A stretch of 64,000 bases of DNA from Acidovorax sp. (GCF_034519795.1 NZ_JAXHOB010000022.1:8650-72649), one strand, 5' to 3'. Positions 42,496-55,033 are shown, counted from the stretch's first letter. The notes: generated from the sequence alone by a model not told the origin. Made by a program: numbers and translations.

Positions 42496-43662
42496 TCAGG
42501 CGGACAGTGCCTGCATCTGCGCGTACAGGTCGGCCTTGCCTTCGAAGCCGATGCCCGGCAGGTCGGGCAGCGTGACGTGGCCGTCCACGACCTTCACGCC
42601 GTCCGGGAAGCCGCCGAAGGGCTGGAAGAGGTCGGGGTAGGACTCGTTGCCGCCCAGGCCCAGGCCGGCGGCGATGTTCAATGACATCTGGTGCCCGCCG
42701 TGCGGGATGCAGCGGCTTGCGGACCAGCCGTGTTCCTTGAGCATGTCCAGCGTGCGCAGGTACTCCACCAGGCCATAGCTCAGCGCGCAGTCGAACTGCA
42801 GCCAGTCGCGGTCAGGGCGCATGCCGCCATAGCGGATCAGGTTGCGCGCGTCCTGCATGGAGAACAGGTCTTCACCCGTGGCCATGGGGTTCTGGTAGTA
42901 GTTGCGCAAGGTGGCCTGCAGCTCGAAATCGAGTGGGTCACCGGGCTCCTCGTACCAGAACAGGTCGTATTGCGAGAGCGCCTTGGCGTACTGGATGGCG
43001 GTGTCCAGGTCGAAGCGGCCATTGGCATCCACGCACAGCTTCTGGCCATCCTGCAGCACTTCCATGATGGAGTCGATGCGGCGCAGGTCTTCGTCGAGCG
43101 AGGCGCCGCCGATCTTCTTCTTGACCACGGTGTAGCCGCGGTCGATGTAGCTCTTCATCTCGTCTTTGAGCTTGCCGTGGTCCTGGCCGGGGTAGTAGTA
43201 GCCGCCGGCGGCATAGACGAAGATCTTGCGGTTCGGCGTGCCGTTGCCATAGCGGTCGGCCAGCAGCTGGAACAGCGGCTTGCCTTCGATCTTGGCCACG
43301 GCGTCCCACACGGCCATGTCGATGGTGCCGATGGCCACGGAGCGCTCGCCGTGGCCGCCCGGCTTCTCGTTGGTGAACATGGCGTTCCAGATTTTGTGCG
43401 GATCGAGGTTCTTGCCGCTGTCGTCGATCAGTGATTCGGGATTGGCTTCGAGCACGCGGGGGATGAAGCGCTCGCGCATGAGCTTGCCCTGGCCATAGCG
43501 GCCGTTGGAGTTGAAGCCGTAGCCCACCACCGGCTTGCCGTCGCGGATGACGTCGGTGACGACTGCCACCAGGCTCAGCGTCATCTTGCTGAAGTCGATG
43601 TAGGCGTTGCGGATGGGTGAACTGATGGGGATGGTCTTCTCTCTGATCTCAACGATTTTCAT
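42496..43662 (-). CDS. tarD: Mandelate racemase/enolase superfamily enzyme, D-tartrate dehydratase-like
   Basis: PISSPIRNAYIDFSKMT, YGFNSNGRYGQG, NEKPGGHGERSVA, KxKIGG, DANG, EEPG, TGED, PHGGH match my recollection of B. japonicum D-tartrate dehydratase. Confidence 0.75.
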   Translation of the reverse strand: MKIVEIREKTIPISSPIRNAYIDFSKMTLSLVAVVTDVIRDGKPVVGYGFNSNGRYGQGKLMRERFIPRVLEANPESLIDDSGKNLDPHKIWNAMFTNEKPGGHGERSVAIGTIDMAVWDAVAKIEGKPLFQLLADRYGNGTPNRKIFVYAAGGYYYPGQDHGKLKDEMKSYIDRGYTVVKKKIGGASLDEDLRRIDSIMEVLQDGQKLCVDANGRFDLDTAIQYAKALSQYDLFWYEEPGDPLDFELQATLRNYYQNPMATGEDLFSMQDARNLIRYGGMRPDRDWLQFDCALSYGLVEYLRTLDMLKEHGWSASRCIPHGGHQMSLNIAAGLGLGGNESYPDLFQPFGGFPDGVKVVDGHVTLPDLPGIGFEGKADLYAQMQALSA

Positions 43663-43789
43663 GCGGTGCTCCGGGGTCGAAACGGGGTGTCACAAGGGGT
43701 GACGGGATGGGTATGATCCGCAACCGCGCGGCGTTTGACCAATGCCGTTTTTCTTCTCTTCAGTGCTTTCAGAGCACAGCGGACTTGTT

Positions 43790-44716
43790 ATGAACATCTC
43801 CTGGCTGGAGGATTTCCTGGTCCTGGCCGCCGTCGGAAATTTCTCCCGCGCCGCGGAAGATCGCCACATGACGCAACCTGCCTTCGGCCGCCGCGTGCGG
43901 GCGCTGGAAGAGTGGCTCGGGGTGGAGCTGTTCGACCGCAGCACGCAGCCGGTCCGGCTCACAGAGGCGGGCCAGTGGTTCCAGGGCGTTGCGCCCGAGC
44001 TGCTCGCCGAGGTGGCGCGCCTGCCCGGCGCAGCGCGCGCCGTGGCCGAGGCGAATTCGAAGAGCCTGCGCTTTGCCGCGACCCACGCCCTGTCCCTGAC
44101 CTTCATGCCGGGCTGGCTGCGCAGCTATGGCGCACACACCATGGCCGGCAGCCTGCAGCTGGAGTCCGACATGCTGCACCGCTGCGAGGCCCTGCTGGCC
44201 CAGAGCAAGGTGCAGTTCGTGCTGTGCCATGCCCACGGGCAGGCGCCGAGTCCATTGCACGCGCAGGGCTACCCGTCGGTCTGCGTGGGCGCCGATGTCC
44301 TGCAGCCCGTGTGCGCGGCGGGGGCCGATGGCCAGGCGCTGTATGGCCTGGAGCGTGCCGGTGCGACAGCCCCCTTGCTGGCCTACAGCGCGGAGTCAGG
44401 GCTGGGCAACATCCTGCACAGGACCATCGATGGCGCGCTCGCAAGGCTCCCGACGCAGACCATCTTCACGGCCCACCTGGCGTCCGTGCTGCGCACGATG
44501 GCGCTGGAAGGCCGGGGCATTGCCTGGCTGCCCCAGAGTCTGGTCGGCGAGGATATCGCTGCCGGCAGGCTGGTGGCGGCGGCCGCGCCGCAATGGAACA
44601 TCCGCGTCGAGATCCGTGTCTACCGCGCCCACGGGCAGATGGGGCCTGCCGCCGAGGCACTGTGGGAGGCGGTGGTGCAGGCGGAGGCGTCAAACCTCCT
44701 TGCCACGCGGACCTGA
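43790..44716 (+). CDS. LysR-family transcriptional regulator
   Basis: WLEDFLVLAAVGNFSRAAEDRHMTQPAFGRRVRALE; divergent from enolase gene. Confidence 0.92.
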   Translation: MNISWLEDFLVLAAVGNFSRAAEDRHMTQPAFGRRVRALEEWLGVELFDRSTQPVRLTEAGQWFQGVAPELLAEVARLPGAARAVAEANSKSLRFAATHALSLTFMPGWLRSYGAHTMAGSLQLESDMLHRCEALLAQSKVQFVLCHAHGQAPSPLHAQGYPSVCVGADVLQPVCAAGADGQALYGLERAGATAPLLAYSAESGLGNILHRTIDGALARLPTQTIFTAHLASVLRTMALEGRGIAWLPQSLVGEDIAAGRLVAAAAPQWNIRVEIRVYRAHGQMGPAAEALWEAVVQAEASNLLATRT

Positions 44717-44726
44717 CCTCAGCCCC

Positions 44727-46268
44727 TCAGCGCAGCCGGAACACCGCCACAGCTTCCACCAGTTGGTGCGCCTGGCCGCTCAGGCTGCCGGCAGCGGCGG
44801 CGCTTTGCTCCACCAGCGCGGCGTTCTGCTGCGTGGCGTCGTCCATGCGCACGATGGCCTGGGTCACGCGCAGCATGTCGTTGGTCTGTTCGGCACTGGC
44901 CTGGCTGATCTCTTCCATCAGCGTGCTCACGCCGCGGATCGACTCGACCACCTCGCCCATGGTGCTGCCGGCGTTGCGCGCCAGGCTGGAGCCTGCTTCC
45001 ACGCGCTCCACGCTGGTCTGGATCAGCGCCTTGATCTCGCGCGCGGCGCTGGCGCTGCGCGTGGCCAGGCTGCGCACTTCGCTGGCCACCACGGCAAAGC
45101 CGCGGCCCTGCTCGCCCGCGCGCGCGGCTTCCACGGCGGCGTTGAGCGCGAGGATGTTGGTCTGGAAGGCGATGCCGTCGATGACGCCGATGATGTCGGC
45201 GATCTTGCGCGAGCTTTCCTGGATGCCCTGCACCACCTCGACCATCTGGCCCACCACCTGGCCGCCGCGCTCGGCGACCGAGGCACCGCTGCGGGCGAGT
45301 TCGTTGGCCCGCTGGGCGCTTGCCGCGTTGTTCTGCACGGTCTGCTGCAGCTGCTGCATGGAGGACGAGGTTTCGTCCAGTGACGAGGCCTGGTCTTCGG
45401 TGCGCATGCTCAGGTCGGTGTTGCCCTGGGCGATCTCGGCGCTGGCGCTGGCCACGCCCTCGGCATTGGCGCGCACGCCGGAGACCACGCGCTCCAGGTT
45501 CTCCTGCATGGCCGAGAGGGCCTGCAGCAGGCGCGCGGGTTCGTCATTGCCGTCGATGGCGATGGTGGTCGTCAGGTCGCCTGCGGCCACCTTGTTGGCC
45601 AGGGACACGGCCACGCGCAGCGGGCCCACCACCGAGCGCGTGAGCAGCCAGCCGGCAAACACCCCCAGTGCGCTCACCAGCGCCAGTGCCACCAGGCTGC
45701 TGACCAGGGCACGGCGCGCATCCTGCGCGGCCTGCTGGGCAATGGCAGCGCTGCTGTCGGCCACCTGGCGGCTGAGTTCGCCCAGCAGCTTGGCCGGGCC
45801 CTGGTCGATGTCGGCCACGTCGGCATCGCCGGCCGATGCCACGAAGCCCAGCGACTGGAAAGCCTCGAAACCCTTGCGGTAGCCCTGGGCCATCCGGGTG
45901 TGCGCATCGGCGAATTTCTGCAGTGCGGCGCGCTCGGCGCTGTCCACCAGTTGCGGCGCCAGGGCCTTGGCGGCATCGGCCACGCGCTTTTCGCTGGCCT
46001 GGAAGGCATTCCAGTGCAGTTCGCGCTTGCGCGAGTCCTCGCCGCGCAGCAGCGTGTTCTTCCACTCCATCACCTGGGTCTTGAACTCGCTCTCCATGCG
46101 CGAAACCGCGCGCTCCTGCGCCACGCGCTGCAGCACGGTGGCGTCGTAGGTGCCCAGGGTGCTGTACAGCGCGGCAATGCCGAACAGGGCTGCGCCGATC
46201 ATCAGCGCCAGCACCAGGCCCAGTGCGCCCGCCATCCGCGTGCCAATGGAATAGTGGGACATTTTCAT
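44727..46268 (-). CDS. Methyl-accepting chemotaxis protein
   Basis: Two TMs, HAMP, IAFQTNILALNAAVEAARAGEQGRGFAVVASEVR. Confidence 0.95.
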   Translation of the reverse strand: MKMSHYSIGTRMAGALGLVLALMIGAALFGIAALYSTLGTYDATVLQRVAQERAVSRMESEFKTQVMEWKNTLLRGEDSRKRELHWNAFQASEKRVADAAKALAPQLVDSAERAALQKFADAHTRMAQGYRKGFEAFQSLGFVASAGDADVADIDQGPAKLLGELSRQVADSSAAIAQQAAQDARRALVSSLVALALVSALGVFAGWLLTRSVVGPLRVAVSLANKVAAGDLTTTIAIDGNDEPARLLQALSAMQENLERVVSGVRANAEGVASASAEIAQGNTDLSMRTEDQASSLDETSSSMQQLQQTVQNNAASAQRANELARSGASVAERGGQVVGQMVEVVQGIQESSRKIADIIGVIDGIAFQTNILALNAAVEAARAGEQGRGFAVVASEVRSLATRSASAAREIKALIQTSVERVEAGSSLARNAGSTMGEVVESIRGVSTLMEEISQASAEQTNDMLRVTQAIVRMDDATQQNAALVEQSAAAAGSLSGQAHQLVEAVAVFRLR

Positions 46269-46332
46269 CAGGAGATCCTAGGTGTCGGCTGCAGGAAGGC
46301 GGTGCGGTGCAAGAGCCTCGCGAAGGGAGGTG

Positions 46333-47349
46333 TCAGGCCTTGAGCTTGAGCAGGTAGACCATCACGCGGGCGGTGGTCAGGTCCAGTTCCATGAACTCGG
46401 TGAGGTCTTTGCCCGTGAGCCAGGACGCATCCCATTTGTTGGCTTTCAGGGTGCGCACCCAGGATTCGTGCACGGTGGCGGCTTCCACGGCGCTCACCAT
46501 CTCGGCCAGGCGGGCGGCTGAGACACCCTTGCCCGTGAACACACCACGCCAGTTGGCCATGACGGCATCGATCCCCTGCTCGCGGAAGGCGGGCAGGCCG
46601 AACACGCTGCGCCGGGCCGATACGCCGATGGCGCGCAGCTTGCCGGCCGCAATCGCTTCGCTGAACTCGCTGTAGCCCGACAGGCCCAGGGCGGCCTTGC
46701 CGGTGACCAGCGCGTCCACCACCTCGTTGCCGCCCGCAAAGGGGCGGTAGACCAGCGCTTCGGGGCTGGCCTTGGCGGCGCGGGCCAGCACGCCCGCATA
46801 GATGTGGTCCACCCCGCCTGCGGAGCCACCGGCCACCGGCAAGGCGGGCAGGTCGGCCTTCATGGCGGCCACCAGGTCCTTGGCTGTGCGGATCGGGGAC
46901 GATGCGGGCACGGCGGCCACCAGGTAGTCGCTGGTCAGGCGCGCAATGGGCTGGATCTGCGTGAGGTCCACGGCCGGCTTTTGCAGCGCCACGGCGCCCA
47001 CCATCACCATGCCGCCCATGAGCAGGGTGTTCGCGTCGTTCGCGTATTTCTCGGCGTAGCGGGCCAGGCCGATGGTGCCGCCCTTGCCGCCCACGTTCTC
47101 GTACTCCACCTGGTCCACGGCACCCGCGCCCACCAGGGCCGCACCCAGCGCGCGGCCCGTCTGGTCCCAGCCGCCACCCGCGTTGGCGGGGATCACGATG
47201 CGCAGCGTGCCCGCCAGCTTGGCGACTTTGGCCGGGGGGCGGGCCTGGGCCAGCACCGTGCCGCCAAACGGGGTGGCCAGCGCGGCGAGCGCAGCCGCGC
47301 GGGTCAGCACCTGGCGGCGCCGCGTGTTCATGGGTGTGTGGGCGGTCAT
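46333..47349 (-). CDS. Bug/TctC substrate-binding protein (possible Tat signal)
   Basis: RRRQVL signal, PANAGGGWDQTGR, NVGGKGGTIGL, GGSAGGVDH; start may be 47331. Confidence 0.88.
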   Translation of the reverse strand: MTAHTPMNTRRRQVLTRAAALAALATPFGGTVLAQARPPAKVAKLAGTLRIVIPANAGGGWDQTGRALGAALVGAGAVDQVEYENVGGKGGTIGLARYAEKYANDANTLLMGGMVMVGAVALQKPAVDLTQIQPIARLTSDYLVAAVPASSPIRTAKDLVAAMKADLPALPVAGGSAGGVDHIYAGVLARAAKASPEALVYRPFAGGNEVVDALVTGKAALGLSGYSEFSEAIAAGKLRAIGVSARRSVFGLPAFREQGIDAVMANWRGVFTGKGVSAARLAEMVSAVEAATVHESWVRTLKANKWDASWLTGKDLTEFMELDLTTARVMVYLLKLKA

Positions 47350-47473
47350 GGGTTCTCTCGGTAAGCGAATGTATCCAGTCGCTCATGGTGGGCTCTGAAA
47401 CTGTCATTCGGCTGTCCAGAGTATCAGGGTATACGCTTGAACGGGTGACACCTGTGGCCGCCACACCACCATG

Positions 47474-47509
47474 AAAAACGCCCTGCGCCGCGGGTGCGGG
47501 GCAGGGCGT
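47474..47509 (-). terminator. Intrinsic terminator downstream of rpoD
   Basis: ACGCCCTGC...GCAGGGCGT stem with A-tract on + strand; extra hairpin AAGCCCCC-tgca..-GGGGGCTT nearer the stop. Confidence 0.7.
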
Positions 47510-47552
47510 CGCGGCGAGAAAGCCCCCTGCAAGGGGGCTTCGCCGGGGGCGC

Positions 47553-49925
<2,373 letters not shown>

Positions 49926-50152
49926 GAACAACCTCAGAATCAAAAACGGACACAAAGAAAACGCAAGCGCCACAGGTCCCGGCGCGGGTGGCACTGCAAA
50001 AGCCGTGCTTTTGCAGCTCGAGGGGTATCCCTCAGGGGCAAGATGTCTGGGCGAACATTTGGTGTGCAGTCCTTGCGATGGGTGGGCGGTTGTGCGCGTT
50101 TGTCACGGTGGCCCGGCTCGGAGGTGCTGCTGTCGCTCTTGCCTAACCCTAC

Positions 50153-50178
50153 ATTATACCATTTGGAGCGATTTCAAG
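50153..50178 (-). promoter_or_regulatory. Putative rpoD promoter (extended -10)
   Basis: Minus strand CTTGAAA-13 nt-TATAAT, with TG.TATAAT extended -10, overlapping the dnaG stop. Confidence 0.55.
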
Positions 50179-52240
50179 CCGCCTTGACGGTTGCGCCCAA
50201 TAAAACAACGCGTTTTTGCTCCAGAACGCGGTAGCGCTCCAGGGCCGAGGGGTCCTTGGCCGCCTGCAGGACCAGCACTTTCTGCTGTTCCTTGATGTCT
50301 TCGATGAGCATCCGGTTCAATAGATCCCGCAGTTCCAGCCGCAGTTCCGCCAGTTCGCCCTCGGTCTGGGCATGGGCGCCGGTCATCACCTTGACGGCCA
50401 ATTCCTCGCATTCATGCTCGCGCAGGCCCTCGCGCAGCACGGCCCAGGCCTGCGGGCCGTGCTCGTGGAATTGCCCTTCCAGCCAGGTGAACAGCGGCCC
50501 GTGGGGGGCAGGCTGGGCGCACAGGGCGGCGTGGTCGTCGTGCGTGAGCTCTTCGAGAAAGCCCATGTGCGACAGCAGCAGGCGGGCAGCATGGTCCGCG
50601 CGGCCCATGGCGGGGGTGCGCGGCAGGCGCGGCTGGGGCGGCCAGGGGGAGTCCTTGTCCTTTTTCTTCCACTTGCCGCCGGTGTTGACCCAGCCGCCCC
50701 CACCCTTGCGCAAGGGCGGCTTGCCATGGCCGGTTCCGCCATTTCCACCGCCGCTGTAGCCGCCATCGCCCTGGCCCTGGTACCCGCCGCCCACGTAATC
50801 GGGCTCATGCGGGGGGTGCCAGCCGTCCAGGTCGGGCGGGGCGCCACCCCAGGGGGGCTCATCGGCATACGGGTTGGCGGCTTCCTGCGTGCGCGCCGGG
50901 CGCTGCTGGGGCGCCGGTGGGGGGGCAGGAGCGCGGGCGCCACCGGGGTTCCACAACTCGGACAGGTCGCGGGCGTTCAACTGCGTCAGTTCGGCCAGCT
51001 CGCCCAGCAACTGGCGCTTGAGCACGCCGTCGGGCAGCGCCGTCCACAGCGGGCGGGCGTTGCTGGCCATGTGGGCGCGGCCCTCGGCGGTGCCCAGGTC
51101 GCAGCCGTCGCTGGCCGATTCGACCAGGAAGCGGCTCAGGGGAACGGCCTCGCTCACATGCCTGGCAAAGGCATCGGTGCCGTTGGCGCGGATGAAGCTG
51201 TCCGGGTCGTGCTCGGCCGGCAGGAACAAAAACTTGATGCTGCGCGTGTCCGTGGCGTGGGGCAGGGCGCCGTCGAGCGCCTTGCGCGCGGCACGCCGGC
51301 CGGCGTTGTCGCCATCGAAGCTGAACACCACCGATTCGGTGAAGCGCAGCAGCTTTTGCACATGCTCGGGCGTACAGGCCGTGCCCAGCGTGGCCACGGC
51401 GTTCGGAAAACCCAGCTGCGCCAGCGCCACCACGTCCATGTAGCCCTCGGTCACCAGGGCATAGCCGTGCTCGCGGATGGCGGTGCGCGCCTCGAACAGG
51501 CCGTAGAGCTCGCGCCCCTTGTGGAACACCGGGGTTTCGGGCGAATTGAGGTACTTGGGCTTGTCGTCGCCCAGCACGCGCCCGCCAAAGCCGATGCACT
51601 CGCCCTTGACGTTGCGGATGGGGAACATCACCCGGTCGCGAAAGCGGTCATAGCGCTTGTCCTGCCCGTCCTCGCCCACGATGACCAGGCCGCTTTCCTC
51701 CAGCAGCGGGTCGTCGTAGTGCGGGAACACGCTGGCCAGGCTGCGCCAGCCCTCGGGCGCATAGCCCAGGCCGTAGCGCTTGGCCACCGCACCCGAGACG
51801 CCCCGGCCCTTGAAGTAGGCAATGGCGCGCTGCGACTCGCGCAACTGGCGGCGGTAGGCGTCGCCGGCTTTTTCCAGCACGTCGGTCAGCGTGGCCTGCT
51901 TCTGGCGGGCCGCAGCGGCACGCTCCTTGTCCTGCTGGGAGATGTCGTCGTCGGGTACTTGCAGCCCGACCTGCTGGGCCAGGTCCTGCACCGCCTCGAC
52001 GAAGCCCATGCCCGCATGGTCCATGAGAAAGCCGATGGCATTGCCGTTCTTGCCGCAGCCAAAGCAGTGGTAGAACTGCTTGGAGGGGCTGACGCTGAAG
52101 GACGGCGACTTTTCCCCGTGGAAGGGGCACAGCCCCATGAAATTGGCCCCACCCTTCTTCAACTGGACGTAGCGACCCACGATCTCGACCACGTCGGTGC
52201 GGGCAAGCAGTTCCTGGATGAATGACTGGGGGATGGACAC
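50174..52240 (-). CDS. dnaG: DNA primase
   Basis: GTG start at 52240; zinc ribbon CPFHGEKSPSF..CFGC, DRFRDRVMFPI, KYLNSPET, TOPRIM EGYMDV and FDGD; upstream of rpoD. Confidence 0.95.
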   Translation of the reverse strand: MSIPQSFIQELLARTDVVEIVGRYVQLKKGGANFMGLCPFHGEKSPSFSVSPSKQFYHCFGCGKNGNAIGFLMDHAGMGFVEAVQDLAQQVGLQVPDDDISQQDKERAAAARQKQATLTDVLEKAGDAYRRQLRESQRAIAYFKGRGVSGAVAKRYGLGYAPEGWRSLASVFPHYDDPLLEESGLVIVGEDGQDKRYDRFRDRVMFPIRNVKGECIGFGGRVLGDDKPKYLNSPETPVFHKGRELYGLFEARTAIREHGYALVTEGYMDVVALAQLGFPNAVATLGTACTPEHVQKLLRFTESVVFSFDGDNAGRRAARKALDGALPHATDTRSIKFLFLPAEHDPDSFIRANGTDAFARHVSEAVPLSRFLVESASDGCDLGTAEGRAHMASNARPLWTALPDGVLKRQLLGELAELTQLNARDLSELWNPGGARAPAPPPAPQQRPARTQEAANPYADEPPWGGAPPDLDGWHPPHEPDYVGGGYQGQGDGGYSGGGNGGTGHGKPPLRKGGGGWVNTGGKWKKKDKDSPWPPQPRLPRTPAMGRADHAARLLLSHMGFLEELTHDDHAALCAQPAPHGPLFTWLEGQFHEHGPQAWAVLREGLREHECEELAVKVMTGAHAQTEGELAELRLELRDLLNRMLIEDIKEQQKVLVLQAAKDPSALERYRVLEQKRVVLLGATVKAA

Positions 52241-52351
52241 CGGGGCATTTTCCTCTATCCCCGGCCGAGGCCCGGGTTCGCCCGCAGATCCCCGCAACAA
52301 CCCTGCGTTGTAATAGGGCGGTTCATCGTCCCTGCGAAGGAAACCCCTGCC

Positions 52352-53998
52352 ATGTCCCACATGTTCGACCAGCACCTGGACCGCAACCCGGCCAACTTCG
52401 CGCCGCTGTCGCCCCTGTCCTTCATCGAACGCACGGCCGAGGTCTACCCGGACCGCCTGGCCATCGTCCATGGCGAATTGCGCCAGTCCTGGGGCCAGAC
52501 CTATGCGCGCTGCCGCCAACTGGCCAGCAGCCTGAACCGCGCCGGCATAGCCAAGAACGACACCGTGGCCGTGCTGCTGCCCAACACCCCGCCCATGGTG
52601 GAGGCGCATTTCGGCGTGCCCATGGCCGGTGCCGTGCTCAACGCCATCAACACCCGGCTGGACCCCGAAACCATCGCCTTCATGCTCGACCATGGCGAGG
52701 CCCGCGCCGTCATCGTCGATCCGGAATTCACCGGCACCCTGGCCAAGGCCCTGGCGCTGCGCCAATCCCAGGCGCCGCTGCGGGTGCTCACGGTGCAGGA
52801 CGCCGTGTTCGGCCCGGCCGTGCAGGACCTGGGCGGTACCGACTACGACGCCTTCGTGGCCGCAGGCGACGCGCAGCACGCCTGGGAGCTGCCTGCCGAC
52901 GAGTGGGATGCCATCGCCCTGAACTACACCAGCGGCACCACCGGCAACCCCAAGGGCGTGGTCTACCACCACCGGGGCGCGGCCACCAATGCCATCAGCA
53001 ACGTGCTGGAGTGGGACATGCCCAAGGGGGCCATCTACCTGTGGACGCTGCCCATGTTCCACTGCAATGGCTGGTGTTTTCCGTGGACGGTGGCGGCACG
53101 CGCGGGCGTCAACGTCTGCCTGCGCCGGGTAGAGGCGCAGGCCATCTTCGACGCCATGCGCCAGCACGGCGTCACGCACTACTGCGGCGCGCCCATCGTG
53201 CACGGCATGCTGGTCAATGCGCCCGAGACCATGAAGGCCGGCGTGCCCGCCGGCATCCAGGCCATGGTGGCGGGTGCCGCGCCGCCCGCGTCGATGATCG
53301 AGGGCATGGAAAAGATGGGCTTCGACCTGACCCACGTCTACGGCCTGACAGAGGTGTACGGCCCTGCCACCGTGTGCGCGAAACACGGGGCCTGGGATGC
53401 GCTGGACATTGGCGAGCGCGCCCGCCTGAACGCCCGCCAGGGTGTGCGCTACCACCTGGAGCGCGACGTGCGCGTGCTCGACCCCGCAACCCTGCAGCCC
53501 GTGTCGCAGGACGGCGAGACCATGGGCGAGATCATGTTCAAGGGCAATATCGTGATGAAGGGCTACCTCAAGAACCCCCGGGCCACTGACGAGGCCTTTG
53601 CCGGCGGCTGGTTCCACAGCGGCGACCTGGCCGTGCAGTACCCCGACGGCTACATCAAGATCAAGGACCGCAGCAAGGACATCATCATCTCGGGCGGCGA
53701 GAACATCTCCTCCATCGAGGTGGAAGACGTGCTCTACCGCCACCCCGCCGTGCTGGCTGCCGCCGTCGTCGCCCGGCCCGACCCCAAGTGGGGCGAGACC
53801 CCCTGCGCCTTCGTCGAGCTCAAGGCCGGCGCCACGCTCACGCCCGAGGACATCGTGGCCCACTGCAAGCAGCACCTGGCCGGCTTCAAGGTGCCGCGCG
53901 CCGTGGTGTTTGGCGAGCTGCCCAAGACCAGCACGGGCAAGATCCAGAAGTTCGAGCTGCGCAAGCAGGCGGGGTCGGCCGGCGCGATCGACGTCTGA
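52352..53998 (+). CDS. Acyl-CoA synthetase (AMP-forming)
   Basis: YTSGTTGNPKG, YGLTE, FHSGD, DRSKDIIISGGENISS.EVE, PKTSTGKIQK. Confidence 0.93.
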   Translation: MSHMFDQHLDRNPANFAPLSPLSFIERTAEVYPDRLAIVHGELRQSWGQTYARCRQLASSLNRAGIAKNDTVAVLLPNTPPMVEAHFGVPMAGAVLNAINTRLDPETIAFMLDHGEARAVIVDPEFTGTLAKALALRQSQAPLRVLTVQDAVFGPAVQDLGGTDYDAFVAAGDAQHAWELPADEWDAIALNYTSGTTGNPKGVVYHHRGAATNAISNVLEWDMPKGAIYLWTLPMFHCNGWCFPWTVAARAGVNVCLRRVEAQAIFDAMRQHGVTHYCGAPIVHGMLVNAPETMKAGVPAGIQAMVAGAAPPASMIEGMEKMGFDLTHVYGLTEVYGPATVCAKHGAWDALDIGERARLNARQGVRYHLERDVRVLDPATLQPVSQDGETMGEIMFKGNIVMKGYLKNPRATDEAFAGGWFHSGDLAVQYPDGYIKIKDRSKDIIISGGENISSIEVEDVLYRHPAVLAAAVVARPDPKWGETPCAFVELKAGATLTPEDIVAHCKQHLAGFKVPRAVVFGELPKTSTGKIQKFELRKQAGSAGAIDV

Positions 53999-54013
53999 GA
54001 CTCCCGGCCGTTG

Positions 54014-54916
54014 TCACGCGGCGGCGGTGCTGTCCGCCAGTTGCGCCAGCAGCCACTGCGCAAAGCACTGCGCCTCGGGTGCCGCGTCGGGCGCCAGGCC
54101 GTAGTAGTGGCGCGTGAGCGGCAGGCGCAGGGCGGGCAGGGGGCACACCAGGCGGCCGGCCGCCAGGTCGTGTGCCACCAGGGAGGCCGGTGCCAGCGCA
54201 AAGCCCAGGCCATCGAGTGCGGCCTGCAGCACGAAGTGCAGGTGGTCGAACTGCAGCCGGCTGGCGGGCCGCAGGCGCGGCGCGCCCACCTGGCGCTTCC
54301 AGTGGTCCCAGTCGTCGGGGCGCGAGCGTGACCAGAGCAGCACATGCGCGGCCAGCGCGCGGGGCTCGGCTACCGGGGTGCTCGTGAACAGCGCGGGCGT
54401 GCCGACGATCAGCGCCTCGTCCTGCAAGAACGGCTGCACGGCGATGGACGCCGGCCAGCCCGAATTGCGGCCGCGGCGGATCGCCACATCGAAATGCTCG
54501 CTGGCCTGATCGGGCGAGACGGTGCTGGTGACCACCTGGGGCGCTATGCCCGGGAACTGGGCCACGAAATCCGGAAGGCGCGGAATCACCCAGCGCACCG
54601 CGAACGAAGGCCGCACGTTGATGGTGACGGTGCGTGCGGGTGCAGCGCCGTCCATCAACGCATGTGCGGCTGCGCCGATCTGTTCCAGCGCAGGTGCCAC
54701 CTCGGCAAAGAAGCGCTGCCCTTCGGGTGTGAGCGACACCTGCCGCACGCGCCGCTCGAACAGCGCTACTCCAAGGAACTCCTCAAGTGCCTTGACCTGC
54801 CGGCTGATGGCACCATGCGTCACGAACAGCTCGGCCGCCGCCAGTGTGAAGCTCTGGTGGCGCGCGGCCGCCGCAAAGGCGCGTACGGCATTGAGCGGGG
54901 GCAGGCGGGGTGTCAT
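54014..54916 (-). CDS. LysR-family regulator, GcvA-like
   Basis: RLPPLNAVRAFAAAARHQSFTLAAAELFVTHGAISRQV. Confidence 0.92.
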   Translation of the reverse strand: MTPRLPPLNAVRAFAAAARHQSFTLAAAELFVTHGAISRQVKALEEFLGVALFERRVRQVSLTPEGQRFFAEVAPALEQIGAAAHALMDGAAPARTVTINVRPSFAVRWVIPRLPDFVAQFPGIAPQVVTSTVSPDQASEHFDVAIRRGRNSGWPASIAVQPFLQDEALIVGTPALFTSTPVAEPRALAAHVLLWSRSRPDDWDHWKRQVGAPRLRPASRLQFDHLHFVLQAALDGLGFALAPASLVAHDLAAGRLVCPLPALRLPLTRHYYGLAPDAAPEAQCFAQWLLAQLADSTAAA

Positions 54917-55033
54917 GTGTGCGATTTTCTCACGCATGGCGGGCCGTAAACTCGTTTGTCGCTGGCGGTGCGGCGCTGCACCATGGCGGCCATGCCCCCC
55001 GCGAAACCCGCTTCTTCACTTACGGAACCCGCC

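Noticed and set aside
20755-47349. Three Bug/TctC genes without tctA/tctB partners
   Set aside because: Orphan Bug expansion is well known in Betaproteobacteria
50174-53875. 1233-aa ORF suggesting a giant DnaG fusion
   Set aside because: The N-terminal 545 codons are the stop-free antisense frame of the acyl-CoA synthetase; primase homology begins at GTG 52240
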